Shown here: positions 1 to 11,815 of the stretch, one piece after another
How the letters are laid out: every line of letters begins with the position of its first letter
Numbering within the stretch: position 1 is the stretch's first letter
Source of the DNA: Octopus sinensis
Taxonomy: Eukaryota
Direction: 5' to 3'
NCBI RefSeq assembly: GCF_006345805.1
Contig: NC_043007.1
Location: forward strand, 35,588,001 to 35,652,000
Length of the DNA stretch: 64,000 bases
Program-made: the position numbers and the translations under genes
Notes under the pieces: model-generated
The model's database searches: none
What the model was told of the DNA's origin: nothing
Seen by the model: the letters and a program-made list of their open reading frames with translations, nothing else

Positions 1-517
1 GTTGATATAATCGACTTAATCCGTTTGTCTGTCCTTGTTTGTCCCCTCTGTGTTTAGCCCCTTGTAGGTAGTAAAGAAATAGGTATTTCGTCTGCCGCTA
101 CGTTCTGAGTTCAAATTCCGCCGAGGTCAACTTTACCTTTCATTTTTTTTCAGGGTCGATTAAATAAGTACCAGTCACACACTGGTGTCGATATAATCGA
201 TTTAATCCGTTTGTCTGTCCTTGTTTGTCCCCTCTGTGTGTAGCCCCTTGTAGGCAGTAAAGAAATAGGTATTTCGTCAAAAGGCGGTGAGCTGGAAGAA
301 ACGTTAGCACGCCGGGCGAAATGCTTAGCGGTATTTCGCCTGCTGCTACGTTCTGAGTTTAAATTCTGCTGAGGTCGACTTTACATTTCATCTTTTCGGG
401 GTCGATAAAATAAGTACCAGTCACGCACTGGGGTCGATATAATCGACTTAATCCGTTTGTCTATCCTTATTTGTCCCCTCTGTGTGTAGCCCCTTTTGGG
501 CAGTAAAGAAATAAGAA
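1..517 (+). mobile_element. SINE family B (tRNA-derived), two headless tandem units followed by a full copy
   Basis: Full copy 283-517 starts ggcggtgagctgg and has a B-box-like GAGTTTAAATTC. The same body (gtcgatataatcgacttaatccgtttgtctgtccttg) is repeated three times, and homologues occur throughout the window. Confidence 0.85.
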
Positions 518-554
518 ATGAAGTAAGTATGCTCTGCTGAATAGGTAATGTCTG

Positions 555-820
555 TGTGCAGGGATGATATGATACAAATGAGTTGAAAGATGAACTGGGT
601 ACAAAAGGAATCAAGTATAGTGTTCAAGGGAGCTAACTGCATGGACGAAGATATTTAACACTTTTGATACCAATCCCTTGAAATTGCATTTGGTTAAGGG
701 ATTGATATCAAAAATGTTAAATATCTTCGTCCATGCAGTTAGCTCCCTTGAACACTATACTTGATTCCTTTTGTACCCAGTTCATCTTTCAACTCATTTG
801 TATCATATCATCCCTGCACA
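555..820. repeat. Near-perfect 125-bp inverted repeat (hairpin), 16-nt loop
   Basis: 555-679 is the reverse complement of 696-820 with 2 mismatches. Confidence 0.95.
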
Positions 821-890
821 AAGTGATAAATATATAAATATTGCATCAAAATTTCACATTAGTTTATGTTCCAAATTTCAAATTAACAAT

Positions 891-1259
891 AGGAGTGGCT
901 GTGTGGTAAGTAGCTTGTTTATGAACCACATGGTTCCAGGTTCAGTCCCACTGCGTGGCACATTGGGCAAGTGTGTTCTACTATAGCCTCGGGCTGACCA
1001 AAGCCTTGTGAGTGGATTTGGTAGATGAAAACTGAAAGAAGCCCATCGTATATATATATTTATATATATTTATATATATATATGCATGTGTGTGTTTATT
1101 TTTTTTTGCATCGTTTGACAACCGATGCTGGTGTGTTTGCATCCCCATAACTTAGCTGTTCAGCAAAAGAGAATGATAGAATAAGTCCTGGGGTCGATTT
1201 GTTCGACTAAAGGTGGTGCTCCACCATGGCCACAGTCAAATGACTGAAACAAGTAAAGA
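891..1259 (+). mobile_element. SINE family A (tRNA-derived, internal (TA)/(TG) tract)
   Basis: Head ggagtggctgtgtggtaag...ggttcagtccc (A/B-box-like), body ccttgggcaagtg, tail tgactgaaacaagtaaa; about 15 homologues in the window. Confidence 0.85.
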
Positions 1260-1829
1260 TAATGATAATGTTATTTTACTAAATTTTTTATTATTTTTCA
1301 GAATTAATTGAATGAAAGTTAGAGTATTTCAACAGAAATATGGTAATAAAAGAGTTAATGTGTATGAATGGTAAAGAAGTACCAGGAAACCCAAGTGGAA
1401 GGAAACTGCGGAAGAGGAGGTCCCAGAAAGGCAGGGACAGTAGTAGTAAAAGTTGAGCTCAGGATGGTGAATCTGACAATGGACTTGACAGATAGCTTGC
1501 CTGGGTCTTTTATAACACCATAGTGTTGTGAAGGACCCAAACAAGCTATAGTATTGAACAGTGTGGTATTATAAAGGACCCATCTAACCCATGCAAGTAT
1601 AGAAAATTAGATATAACAACTACAATGCCTCTGGTTATGATGGTGATATAATGGAATGGAAGGTTTATGTTACCTGTGGAGTATCTCCTCCCATTATAAT
1701 TATTTTTATAGTTTCAAGGATCTGGAACACAAAGAAGAAGTTCACAAGCGGAGTACAATTTAATAGCCATTTATTTACAGAGTTCTCGTTCATGTGGTTC
1801 GCTCTCAGTGACCATCTTTATAGCAGCGC

Positions 1830-2716
1830 GTGGTTTGTCTTAACTCTGTACATGTGAGGTTCATTACCTCTGGAGATAAGCATGTGGAGTCAGAGCAGGA
1901 CAAGAGTCCACTATGAGATGATGGCTATGCAGTGTTTCTCGGTGTAAGTGTGAGAAGAAATGAGAGGGTGAATGTCGTTTCTTGCTTAAATACCAGTTGC
2001 TGGTGAGAATCTCGTTGTCTTGTGCATGGCAAATGGTTGCATGCGAGATCTCATCCAAAATGGCACTAGCTTCTTGTACCTTGCTGCAGGGGTTTCCCCC
2101 TGAGAATGTTAGTGGGAAAATAGAGAATAACTGGAGCAGGCACAAGAAAAAAGCAAAGATGGTAACTGATCACAAAACAACGAGATATGGTACAAAATAT
2201 GACAAGTCAAAAGAAAATAATTACAAGAAATATGAATGGGCAAGCACAAAATTATGACAAAATGTTCAATGGCAAAGCATTGGAATTATTCAGCAACACA
2301 AGAAGGCAATTGTCTGTCACAGGAAACACAAAAGAGGTTGTCAGATATAAATAGTTCTGGTAAATTTTGGGGGCCAATGCACAGTACGGACTGTCCTGGT
2401 GACATAAGGTTTGTTTGTGTTAGGTTGTGGCAACGAAGGTGGAGATGTAGGTGATGGTGTGGTCAAAGGTGGTTTGTCTTAACTCTGTACACGTGAGGTT
2501 CATTACCTCTGGAGATAAGCATGTGGAGTCAGAGCAGGACAAGAGTCTGCCGTGAGCTGCTGGTTATGCAGTGTTTCTTGGTGGAAGCATAAGAAGAAAT
2601 GAGAGAATGAATGTCATTGTTTCTTGCTTAAATACCGGTTGCCAGCAAGAATCTCGTTGTTGTCTCATGCGTGGTTGCAGGCAAGATCAAGTTCAAAATG
2701 GTGCTGGCTTCTTGTG
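1830..2716. repeat. Diverged ~250-bp direct repeat pair (1830-2077 / 2469-2716)
   Basis: Both start gtggtttgtcttaactctgtaca(t/c)gtgaggttcattacctctggagataagcatgtggagtcagagcagg; offset 639 bp. Confidence 0.8.
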
Positions 2717-2998
2717 CCTCACTACAGTGATAACCTGATGGGGGAGAGGAAAGCCTGGGTGAAATCCAGTAATGACTCAAAAGTTCTGACTATTGCAAAA
2801 CAAAAGGTCTGATTTGAGTTGCGCAGGATCAATCATTAACCCTGCCAAGCCATGTTCCTGCTATAGCAGGAACAGCACAAATATCATCTCTGCTGGGTTC
2901 CTGGTAAAGCAGTAATGAACAACACAAGTAGAAAAAGAAGAAATAGCTCTCCATTAGCTTGCCTGAAATCATTACTCTTGAGCTGCATATGTATCTCT

Positions 2999-3403
2999 CT
3001 TTTACTCTTTTACTTGTTTCAGTCATTTGACTGCGGCCATGCTGGAGCACCGCCTTTTAGTCAAGCAAATCGACCCCAGGACTTATTCTTTGGAAGCCTA
3101 GTACTTATTCTATTGGTCTCTTTTGCCGAACCGCTAAGTTACGGGGACGTAATCACGCCAGCATCGGTTGTCAAGCAATGTTGGGGGGACAAACACAGTC
3201 ACACAAACATATACACATACACATACATATATATATACATATATACGATGGACTATTTTTCAGCTTCCATCTACCAAATCCACTCACAAGGCTTTGGTCG
3301 GCCCGAGGTTATAGTAGAAGACACTTGCCCAAGGTGCCATGCAGTGGGACTGAACCCGGAACCATGTGGTTGGTAAGCAAGCTACTTACCACACAGCCAC
3401 TCT
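2999..3403 (-). mobile_element. SINE family A, full length
   Basis: Reverse complement of the 891/4989 element over its whole length. Confidence 0.9.
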
Positions 3404-3801
3404 AACGCCTAATTATTATTTTTTTTTTTTTTGTATAGGAGCTGGTGGAGGGCAAAATCTGAGGCTCAAGTTTGAGATGGTTAATCAGAAAACGACTACA
3501 GAATGTAAATTAACTTTAAACCATGCAGTCAGCACAAACAACCAACTGATGACACCAATAGCTTGTGTTAGCAAAGACAGGATGTGTCCACAGATACAAC
3601 CAGGTCAGCAGTTATGTCTGTGAAACAATATGCTGACACTTGAATATGAAAAACTGAGAAGAAAGAGTATAAAATTGTATCAGATGTGATATATGATAAC
3701 ATTTTTGCTGTAATTAAATCAGACAATGTTTCACATAGAAAGGACTATGAGGATTGAAAAAAGACATGGAGCAGACATTTAAATTTTTGTCCAACATCAT
3801 G

Positions 3802-3991
3802 TTAACCCTTTTGTTACTGTACTTATTTTGAGATACTGTGTGTTTCTTTCAATTAATTTTAAATATAACGAAGAATTTAGTAAAGTAACTTAGTTATCAT
3901 TAATCTGGTATTAGGAACATAAATTGTTACTAAGGTTTGATGGAAGATTTTAATTCAAAACTTTCAGGCTGGTTGGTATCAAAAGGGTTAA
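3802..3991 (+). mobile_element. piggyBac-like MITE (internally deleted copy)
   Basis: TTAA-CCCTTTTG...AAAAGGG-TTAA ends; homologous to 16753-17203 and 50415-50644. Confidence 0.8.
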
Positions 3992-4034
3992 ACAAAGAAG
4001 AATTACATTAATGAAAATAATATTTTCTTTTGTC

Positions 4035-4330
4035 ATAAGATGGTGAGCTGGCAGAGAAGAAGCGGAATCGGCAGCCCGAAGATGATGTCCTCCAGCGGCG
4101 AGCGGGGGCTCGACCGGTCGGCAGCCGTTCGTATATGGCAGAGTCGTTAATTTGATGGGCCAAATACTCAGCAACTTTTCATTTGTCTTTATGTTCTGGG
4201 TTCAAATCCTACCAAGGTCAACTTAGTTCTTTATCTTTTGGGGTCGATAAAATAAGTATCAATTAAGCACTGGGGTTGATGCAATCAACTTACCCCTCCA
4301 CCAAAACTGCTGGCCTTGTGCCAAAATTTT
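4035..4330 (+). mobile_element. SINE family B (degenerate) carrying an 81-bp GC-rich insert
   Basis: Head aagatggtgagctggcaga is interrupted at 4056-4136 and resumes ggcagagtcgtta. Confidence 0.7.
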
Positions 4331-4732
4331 AAACCTGTATTTTGTTTTGTCATTAACAAGGTAATGTGAATTCCTAGAACCATTAGAGTCTCTGACAAAA
4401 TACTTTGTAGTATTTATTCTAGCTCTTTTAAGTACTGAGTTCAAATCCTACCAAGGCTTGACTTTGCCTTTTAGCCACTTTAAGGGTTCATAAAATAACA
4501 GACGAGTCAAGTACTGGGGCTGATTTTATCAACTGATCCATCTCCTCAAAATGCCTGGCCTTGTGTCTGTTGCTTTGTCTTGTCTGTTCCCATCTTTAGC
4601 GTTAAGGGTCAGGGACTTTGCATACATGGTCTATCTTCCTCCATTGATTTTTGTCTCAGGCTATGGTTGTGCAGTCAGCCAGAGTTCATTTTTTAACCCT
4701 TTAGCATTCAGATTATTCTGTCAAATATAATA

Positions 4733-5864
4733 CAGGGATTCCTCGACTTGCGCGAGTAATTGGGGGACGCGCAATTCGAAATTCGCGCAATTCGAAATTC
4801 GCGCAAGTCGAGTACCAGATATTGTTTTCTATAAATATTTTTTGGGATAACTGCTAAATATTGTTATATTAAAGAAACACTTGGAGAAAGTATTGAATGA
4901 ACTTTCTTTCTATTTGAAACCAAAGAACTTTTATTGGCGACCGCTTTGTACGAATACAAATTACAAAAAATAATACAAATTATTTATAGGCGCAGGAGTG
5001 GCTGTGTGGTATGTAGCTTGCTAACCAACCACATGATTCCAGGTTCAGTCCCACTGCGTGGCATCTTGGGCAAGTGTCTTCTGCTATAGCCCTGGGCCGA
5101 CCAATGCCTTGTGAGTGGATTTGGTAGACGGAAACTGAAAGAAGCCTGTCGTATATATGTATATATATATATATGTATGTGTGTGTATGTGTTTGTGTGT
5201 CTGTGTTTGTCTCCCTGGCATTGCTTGACAACCGATGCTGGTGTGTTTACATCCCCATAACTTAGTGGTTCAGCAAAAGAGACCGATAGAATAAGTACTG
5301 GGCTTACAAAGAATAAGTCCCGGGGTCGATTTGCTCAACTAAAGGCAGTGCTCCAGCATGGCCGCAGTCAAACGACTGAAACAAGTAAAAGAGTAAACGA
5401 GTAAAGAGTAAATTATTTAATGATTATAAACAGAAAATTGAAAAATACATAGCAAATAAATTTTACTTATTCAGTTGATCATACATTTTTTTATTACAAG
5501 AAAAATCATGTTCCAAATTTCTTTGCAGTTGCATACATTGGTCAGTGTTCTCATCTGAGAAGGGTGACACAAATAAAAGAAGAGTTTAATGTAAAGCTAA
5601 ATAATAAATAAAACAATGAAAATTAACTTTAACTGACATGTTATCAATTACTCAAACACAATTATTTTTACTTTATGTATATTTGAAATGATGGATAGAT
5701 AACAAGATAACAGACAAGGCAATGCAACCATTGATAATAAATATTTTTACAACAAGCGCAAGTCGAGAATACAACTCGTGCAACCTGAACACTCGGTATC
5801 AAAAGTTGGCTCACGCAAGTCGAATTTTGCGCAAGTTGAACTCGTGCAAGTCGGGGAATCCCTG
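4733..5864. mobile_element. Tc1/mariner-pogo (Tigger-like) non-autonomous element with a nested SINE A
   Basis: TA|CAGGGATTCCTCGACTTGCGCGAGT ... ACTCGTGCAAGTCGGGGAATCCCTG|TA terminal inverted repeats; subterminal gcgcaattcgaaattc repeats. Confidence 0.85.
4989..5410 (+). mobile_element. SINE family A, full length
   Basis: ggcgcaggagtggctgtgtgg head through gtaaaagagta tail. Confidence 0.9.
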
Positions 5865-5885
5865 TACTTATTTATTCAGATTGTT

Positions 5886-6075
5886 TTGAAACAAGTCTGG
5901 CATCGAAGTATAAAGCTTGTAGGGCAGACCATCCAAACCCAGTGATCTACCTCTCATGCAACTCTTCATCGCTTCCTGTATTTTCATGGCTGTTATCAGC
6001 CTTTCGCAGCACTCCGCCTTGCTCGCTGAGAGCCATCGCAGGTCATCCAGGTAGACACCGAAATCTGCCCTGTTA
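5886..6075 (-). pseudogene. Non-LTR retrotransposon RT N-terminal fragment (L1/Tx1-like)
   Basis: Translation ...CERLITAMKIQEAMKSCMRGRSLGLDGLPYKLY... resembles the I(T)xxEIxxA...KSPGxDG motif preceding LINE RT domains. Confidence 0.7.
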
Positions 6076-6149
6076 TCCATCCAACCATTCATTCCAAACA
6101 GTTGAGCAAAGTGCCACTGAAAAGCCATACACATCTGTTTCAGCTCGAA

Positions 6150-6187
<38 letters not shown>

Positions 6188-6192
6188 TCCAC

Positions 6193-6746
6193 ACACAGAC
6201 ATATACAATGACTAAGGCTCTATGTGGCTACTCATCCTGCTGGGAATAGCCACTACCTCTCCCTCAAATCATACCATACTGCACTGTTATCTTGAAAATG
6301 AAAAGAAAGGAAGATCACATGTGGCACTGAAGGTAATACAGTTCCGGCACACCCTTAAAATAATAATAATAATAATAATAATAATCCTTTCTACTAAAGG
6401 CAAAAGGCTTGAAATTTGTGGGGAAGAGTCTAGTCAATTACCTTGACCCCCAGTGTTTCACTGATATTTAATTTATTGACCCAGAAAGGATGAAAGACAA
6501 AGTCGACCGCAGCAGAATTTGAACTCAGAACGTAACAACAGGCAAATTACCGCTAGACATTTCATCCAGCATGCTAATGACTCTGCCAGCTCGCCACCTT
6601 TATAACAACGCTAATAATAGCAACAGAAATAGCAACAACATCAACAACAGCAAACATCGACAATATCAACATCTGCACCGGCAACAATAACAACAACAAG
6701 AACAACATCAGTAACAATTACAACGTTAATAATAATAATAATGATG

Positions 6747-6800
<54 letters not shown>

Positions 6801-6949
6801 TATTCCTTTACTACCCTCAAGGGGCTAAACACAGAGGGGACAAACAAGGACAGACAAACGGATTAAGTCGATTACATCGACCCCAGTGCGTAACTGGTAC
6901 TTAATTTATCGACCCTAAAAGGCTGAAAGGCAAAGTCAACCTTGACGGA

Positions 6950-6982
<33 letters not shown>

Positions 6983-6998
6983 TGATGATGATAATAGA

Positions 6999-7094
<96 letters not shown>

Positions 7095-7592
7095 CTTCAG
7101 GCCTTGTGCCTATAATAGAAAAGAATAATAATGACAACAGCAACCACAATAACTACAACAGTTACAACAACAACAACACCAATAACCTTGAATTGTATTG
7201 AATGACATGAAACTCGAAAAGGTTGTTGTGTGTTGTGTCCTGTTTTCTAAGTGGAATTCACTAAACTTAGAACAGAACCAGGAAGAGACTTATCTGTCAC
7301 TCAAGTTCAATTAGAGGCCTAAGTGCCCTTCCTTAGAGCAAACTCCACCTCACCAAAACCATCTAGCTTTAAATGCTATCTATTACACACACAGATATAC
7401 TTACACACACACAAAGATATACTTGCACACAGACATATACAATGACTAAGGCTCTATGTGGCCACTCATCCTGCTGGAAATAGCTACTAACTCTCCCTCA
7501 AATCATACCACACTGCACTGTTGTCTTGAAAACAAAAAGAAAGGAAGATCGCATGAGGCAATGAAGGTAATACAGTTCCGGCACACCCTTAA
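6193..7592. repeat. Local ~165-bp direct duplication (6193-6360 / 7427-7592)
   Basis: acacagacatatacaatgactaaggctctatgtgg...cagttccggcacacccttaaaa is present twice with few differences. Confidence 0.85.
6730..7090. repeat. (AAT)n microsatellites flanking a SINE B fragment (6808-6950, minus)
   Basis: Directly visible trinucleotide arrays; the SINE B reverse complement lies between them. Confidence 0.9.
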
Positions 7593-8039
7593 AAAAACTG
7601 ATGGGAAGGTCACATAACTTGGAATGTCTTTCATCAAAGGCTTGCTTGATCAGGATCACCCTGGAGTTAAACAATAGCAATACAATGATGGGAAACGATC
7701 AACTACAAGGTCATTGGTCTTGTTAGAAATAACAGTTAAATCTCCCTCAAATCGCACACACCTTTTCATCATCATCATCATCACCATCCTCATCATCATC
7801 ATCACCACCACCATCATTATGCAATCCATACAGTGGCTTTCCACAGTTTCCATCTTCCCAATTTCACTTACAAGGCTTAGGATTGGCCGGAGACAATCAA
7901 TAAAAAAAACACTTGCTCAAGACACCATGCAATTAGATTGAACCAAAGACCTTGTAATTTCAAAGCAAACTTCCCTACCACTCAGCCATACTGCACCTAG
8001 TATTCCAGTAGGTCAAGAAACCATATGTCAAGTAGACAT

Positions 8040-8205
8040 TTCCTCACAAGATTGTTGGACTCTTTGACCTCTCCAGAACAAAGGCACAAGCATATAAAGT
8101 TCCAAATGGCATCCTGTCCTAACATATTGCACTAATGTCTCAAGAACTGCACTGAAGAGAAATGGATTCAGAAAAGATCTCTGGTGAACATCTACCTGAA
8201 CAATG
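8040..8205 (-). pseudogene. RTE-like LINE reverse transcriptase remnant
   Basis: Minus-strand translation QVDVHQRSFLNPFLFSAVLETLVQYVRTGCHLEL resembles the RT motif-B region GVHQGSVLSPLLF...TGCPWELLYADD. Confidence 0.6.
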
Positions 8206-9249
8206 AAATATTCGCTGAATTCTTTTCAAAAGGTTACATATTTTAAGCTGGGCTCACAAACAAGTCACCTAAATTAATTTTTCTTGGTGATTCTCCTTTT
8301 TCAGATTATAGGGTTAGATAAAATGTACCCAGTATTCTCTGTAAAATGTGAGACTGAGAAGACCCTCTAGTCCTGTCAAGGACATTACAACCTCTCCGAT
8401 GCTGGTGCCATGACCAAATGCACCCTGTACTTTCTGTAAAGTGATTATTGTTTCTCTTCCACAATGTACAAATTCTTCAATAAAATCACTGTGAAAGATA
8501 GTGTATAAATTTAGAGGCTCAAACTGAGAGCAGAAATGAAGAACTGTCACCAACAAATTTCTGTGCAGGTCCACAAGCTGAATCGTTGTAATTCTATTCA
8601 TATACATTTACCGTTTCTAATAATTTTCAAGTGCTGGCTGCCACTTAAAAAGCACCCATGCTGGTGATGCATTAACACATCTGTGCCAGTGCTGTATAAA
8701 TACACAAGTGGGCAATAAAGAAATAAGAAACATTAGCATGCTGGGTGAAATGCTTAGCAATATTTAGTCTGTCTTTACATTCTGAGTTCAAATTCTGCTA
8801 AGGTCAACTTTGCTTTTCATCCTTTCGGGGTCGAGAAATTAAGTACCAGTTGCGTACTGGGGTTGATCTAATTGACTGGCTCCCACCTGTCCCAAAATTT
8901 CAGGCCTTGTTCCTAGAGTAGAAAAGATATTTATTCTTGTTCCTTTTCTAGAGAAATTGGACAATGGTCAGTGGCTTTGAATATGTATTTATAAAATATT
9001 TGACGACTTTCACAGATTTGCATCATTAAACATTGATCTTTTATCTTCTACTTTCTTTCAGGCCATGAGGCCATGCTGGGGCACTGCCTTGAAGAACTTT
9101 TAGTCAAATTAAATAGCCTAGTACTAACTGTTTTTTTTTAAAGCTTGGTACTTATTCTATAGGTCTCTTTTGCCGAACCACTAAGTTACAGAGATGATAA
9201 CACACTAGCACCAGTTTCTCAAGTAGTAGTAGGGGACAAACACAGACAC

Positions 9250-9306
<57 letters not shown>

Positions 9307-9315
9307 CATATATAT

Positions 9316-9891
9316 AAATTTAAAATGAGGGTGAGAAATTGGAAATTAATTTAATTAAATTAACATCAATTTAACACCAGTAGTCTAGCATATAAAATCT
9401 GAAGGTTCAGTAAAGTGTATTATATACAAATGAGAGGGATGACCACTATGTGGACAACCCTTATGCTAGAAGTAGATCTGCTGTGGTCTTACCACTAAGA
9501 AATGTTCTCAAGAAAAATTTAGCAAACACCAGAACGTAAGCGAGCAAGACAAATAAAAAGTAACAAAATATAGATTATTCACATACATGTTTCACTATTA
9601 ACATATTACATAATTTTTACTTACACAATTTGTCCGTAGATCCTCAGTGTGACCGTCTATACAAATATAATTTGCAGAACTATACACGGAGATATCTGCT
9701 TGAGGGCAGTTTTACCTAGATACAAGCGGATCTACTTCTAGCATAAGGGTTGTCCACATAGTGGTCATCCCTCTCATTTGTATATAATACACTTTACTGA
9801 ACCTTCAGATTTTATATGCTAGACCACTGGTGTTAAATTGATGTTAATTTAATTAAATTAATATCCAATTTCTCACCGTAATTTTAAATTT
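9316..9891. repeat. Fold-back element, 167-bp arms (9316-9482 / 9725-9891), at the 3' end of the Penelope-like element
   Basis: Arms are reverse complements with ~5 mismatches; same family as 25941-26257; abuts (TA)n. Confidence 0.9.
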
Positions 9892-9969
9892 AAATTTAAA
9901 TTAATACATTCTCTAACCAGCAAAAGCCACTGCAGTAAATTATGTTTTGCAGTATTATTTTCCGGTAAT

Positions 9970-11490
9970 TTAGTGCACCAAAATGAAGTCTTTTGAAAAA
10001 TAACCGCATGGGATGGAGTACACACAGTATTTGGTCATATTCTCTTCTATTTGTGATTTTACTCGAAGGAGATAATTGCGAAGTGTTGTATTATTCTTGA
10101 ATACTGTCCTGACGTCATATGGGCCACATATCTCTTGTATCTTTGTGGAGAGGCCTTTCACATAGGATAGACAGACTGTGGACAGTTTATTGGCCTCATC
10201 CTCTCTCTTCTTCATAATTGGAGTGGATAGTATACTTTTGGGGTAGTTGCTGCTTAACAGATCATTATTGAGCTTGATCATTTCTTCGTGGTGTGTGTCA
10301 CAATCACTACTTATATTCTTTGCACAATGTTTTAGGCACTGAGCAATCCCTCTTTTTACACTGTACGGATGATGGGAATTAAAGTTGAGGTATCATCAGG
10401 TAAAGGTCAGCTTATGGTATATGGATGTCCTAAATCCATACTTGGTGTGTGTTATTAATACATCCAGGAATGCCAGCTGATTGTCTTTTTCCTTTTCCAT
10501 TGTGAACTGTATGGATGGCTTTATTGAGTACACATGATCTAACAGCACTTGGACATCTTCCTGGTGGGGCCAGAGTAAAAAGGTGTCATCAACATATCGT
10601 AGCCATAGTGTTGGTTTTAGTGGTGTTAATCCTAAAGGCAAATTCTCAAACTATTCCATGTATATATTGGCTATTACCGGAGACAATGGCGAACCCATAG
10701 CTAAGCCCTCCTCTTGTCGATATATATCAGTGTCCATACTGAAGTAGGTAGTTTCTACACAGAAGGTCAACATTTCCATCAAGTTTCTTATTGGTATACT
10801 AGTGCGTTCTTTTAGATGGGTGTCTGTCACTAGTTTTTTTTTTGTATCACCGATAGTACCTCACCAGTTGGGACTTTGGTGAACAGGCTTATCACAGCTA
10901 GACTCACCATCTGGTTGGATTCAATGCTTGATCAATTCTGTGAAGTGGGTGGAATTCTTACGATGTTGACTTTCCTGCTAATGGACTGATTATATCCACA
11001 AGGAAGCAGCTCAGCGAATGACATGCTGAACCTCTACAGCTCGCTATAGGTCTTAATGGAATACCATCCTTGTGAATCTTAGGAAAACCATACATGACAG
11101 TTTACTATGGTGTTGAGTCAGTTGTCTGTACTTCAATGGTGTAAAGTGATCCTTGTTCTTGGTCAAGATCTGTGACAACTTCCTCTCTGTTTTCAAAGTA
11201 GGGTCTTTCTTTACTTTGCTGTAGCTACCATCAGTTATAAGACTTATCAACTTTTCGGAGTAGTCAGACTTGTTCATCACCACTGTAGCATTTCCCTTGT
11301 CTGCTGGAAGTATTATGATGGAATTGTCACTCTGTAGTCCTTTGATAGCGAACTTTTCTTCCTTAGTGATGTTTGGTTTGGGAAGTTTTGCTTTTTCTAG
11401 TACCTGTCTCACTTTCCACCTTGAGCAGCATATGGGAACTGGTATTAACAAAGGATAGAAAAATATTAGATTTAAAACGATATATGGCAT
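9970..11490 (-). mobile_element. Penelope-like retroelement (RT plus truncated GIY-YIG), frameshifted
   Basis: Motifs in order on the minus strand: ILPADKGNATVVM, MYGFPKIHKDGIPLRPI, SLFTKVP, GLAMGSPLSPVIANIYME, LWLRYVDDTF, FTMEKE...FLDVLI, CVYSIPC (start of GIY-YIG). Confidence 0.92.
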
Positions 11491-11536
11491 AGCGGTTAAG
11501 AGTGCGGGCTATTAACCCCAAGATTCCAAGCAGTGA

Positions 11537-11578
<42 letters not shown>

Positions 11579-11588
11579 TAACAATAAC

Positions 11589-11632
<44 letters not shown>

Positions 11633-11815
11633 TGATAATGATAATAATAATAATAATAATAATATCGAAAAATACCTTAAGGATGAGAACCCAAGACACC
11701 TGAAGAAGGCTGGAGGGTATATCAGCCGAAACGTTGTAGAACTGAATGTAAATAATGTAAATAATGCAAAATTAAAGGAATTGAAAAGTGAAAGCTAAAC
11801 GGAAAAGATCCCAAG
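11486..11815 (+). mobile_element. Composite short element: tRNA-like head fragment, (AAT)n, hammerhead-bearing tail
   Basis: ggcatagcggttaagagtgcggg head, ~120-bp (AAT)n, then the hammerhead-like motif at 11695-11737. Confidence 0.55.
11695..11737 (+). ncRNA. Minimal type-I hammerhead ribozyme motif
   Basis: gacac-CTGAAGA-a-GGCTG-gagggtatat-CAGCC-GAAAC-GTT-gt: intact core, 5-bp stem II, palindromic ACGT stem III; stem I is only 2 bp in this copy. Confidence 0.7.

Noticed and set aside
1-520. Regularly repeated sequence that could resemble a CRISPR-like array
   Set aside because: The units are ~185-bp SINE bodies without unique spacers, in a eukaryotic context.
8314-8607. 97-aa minus-strand ORF of normal complexity
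   Set aside because: No recognisable domain and no consistent splice-site pair.
9627-9651. Minus-strand CTGAGGA in the PLE 3' fold-back spacer
   Set aside because: Position and strand fit a pLTR hammerhead, but G12 and stem III are missing. Too decayed to call.
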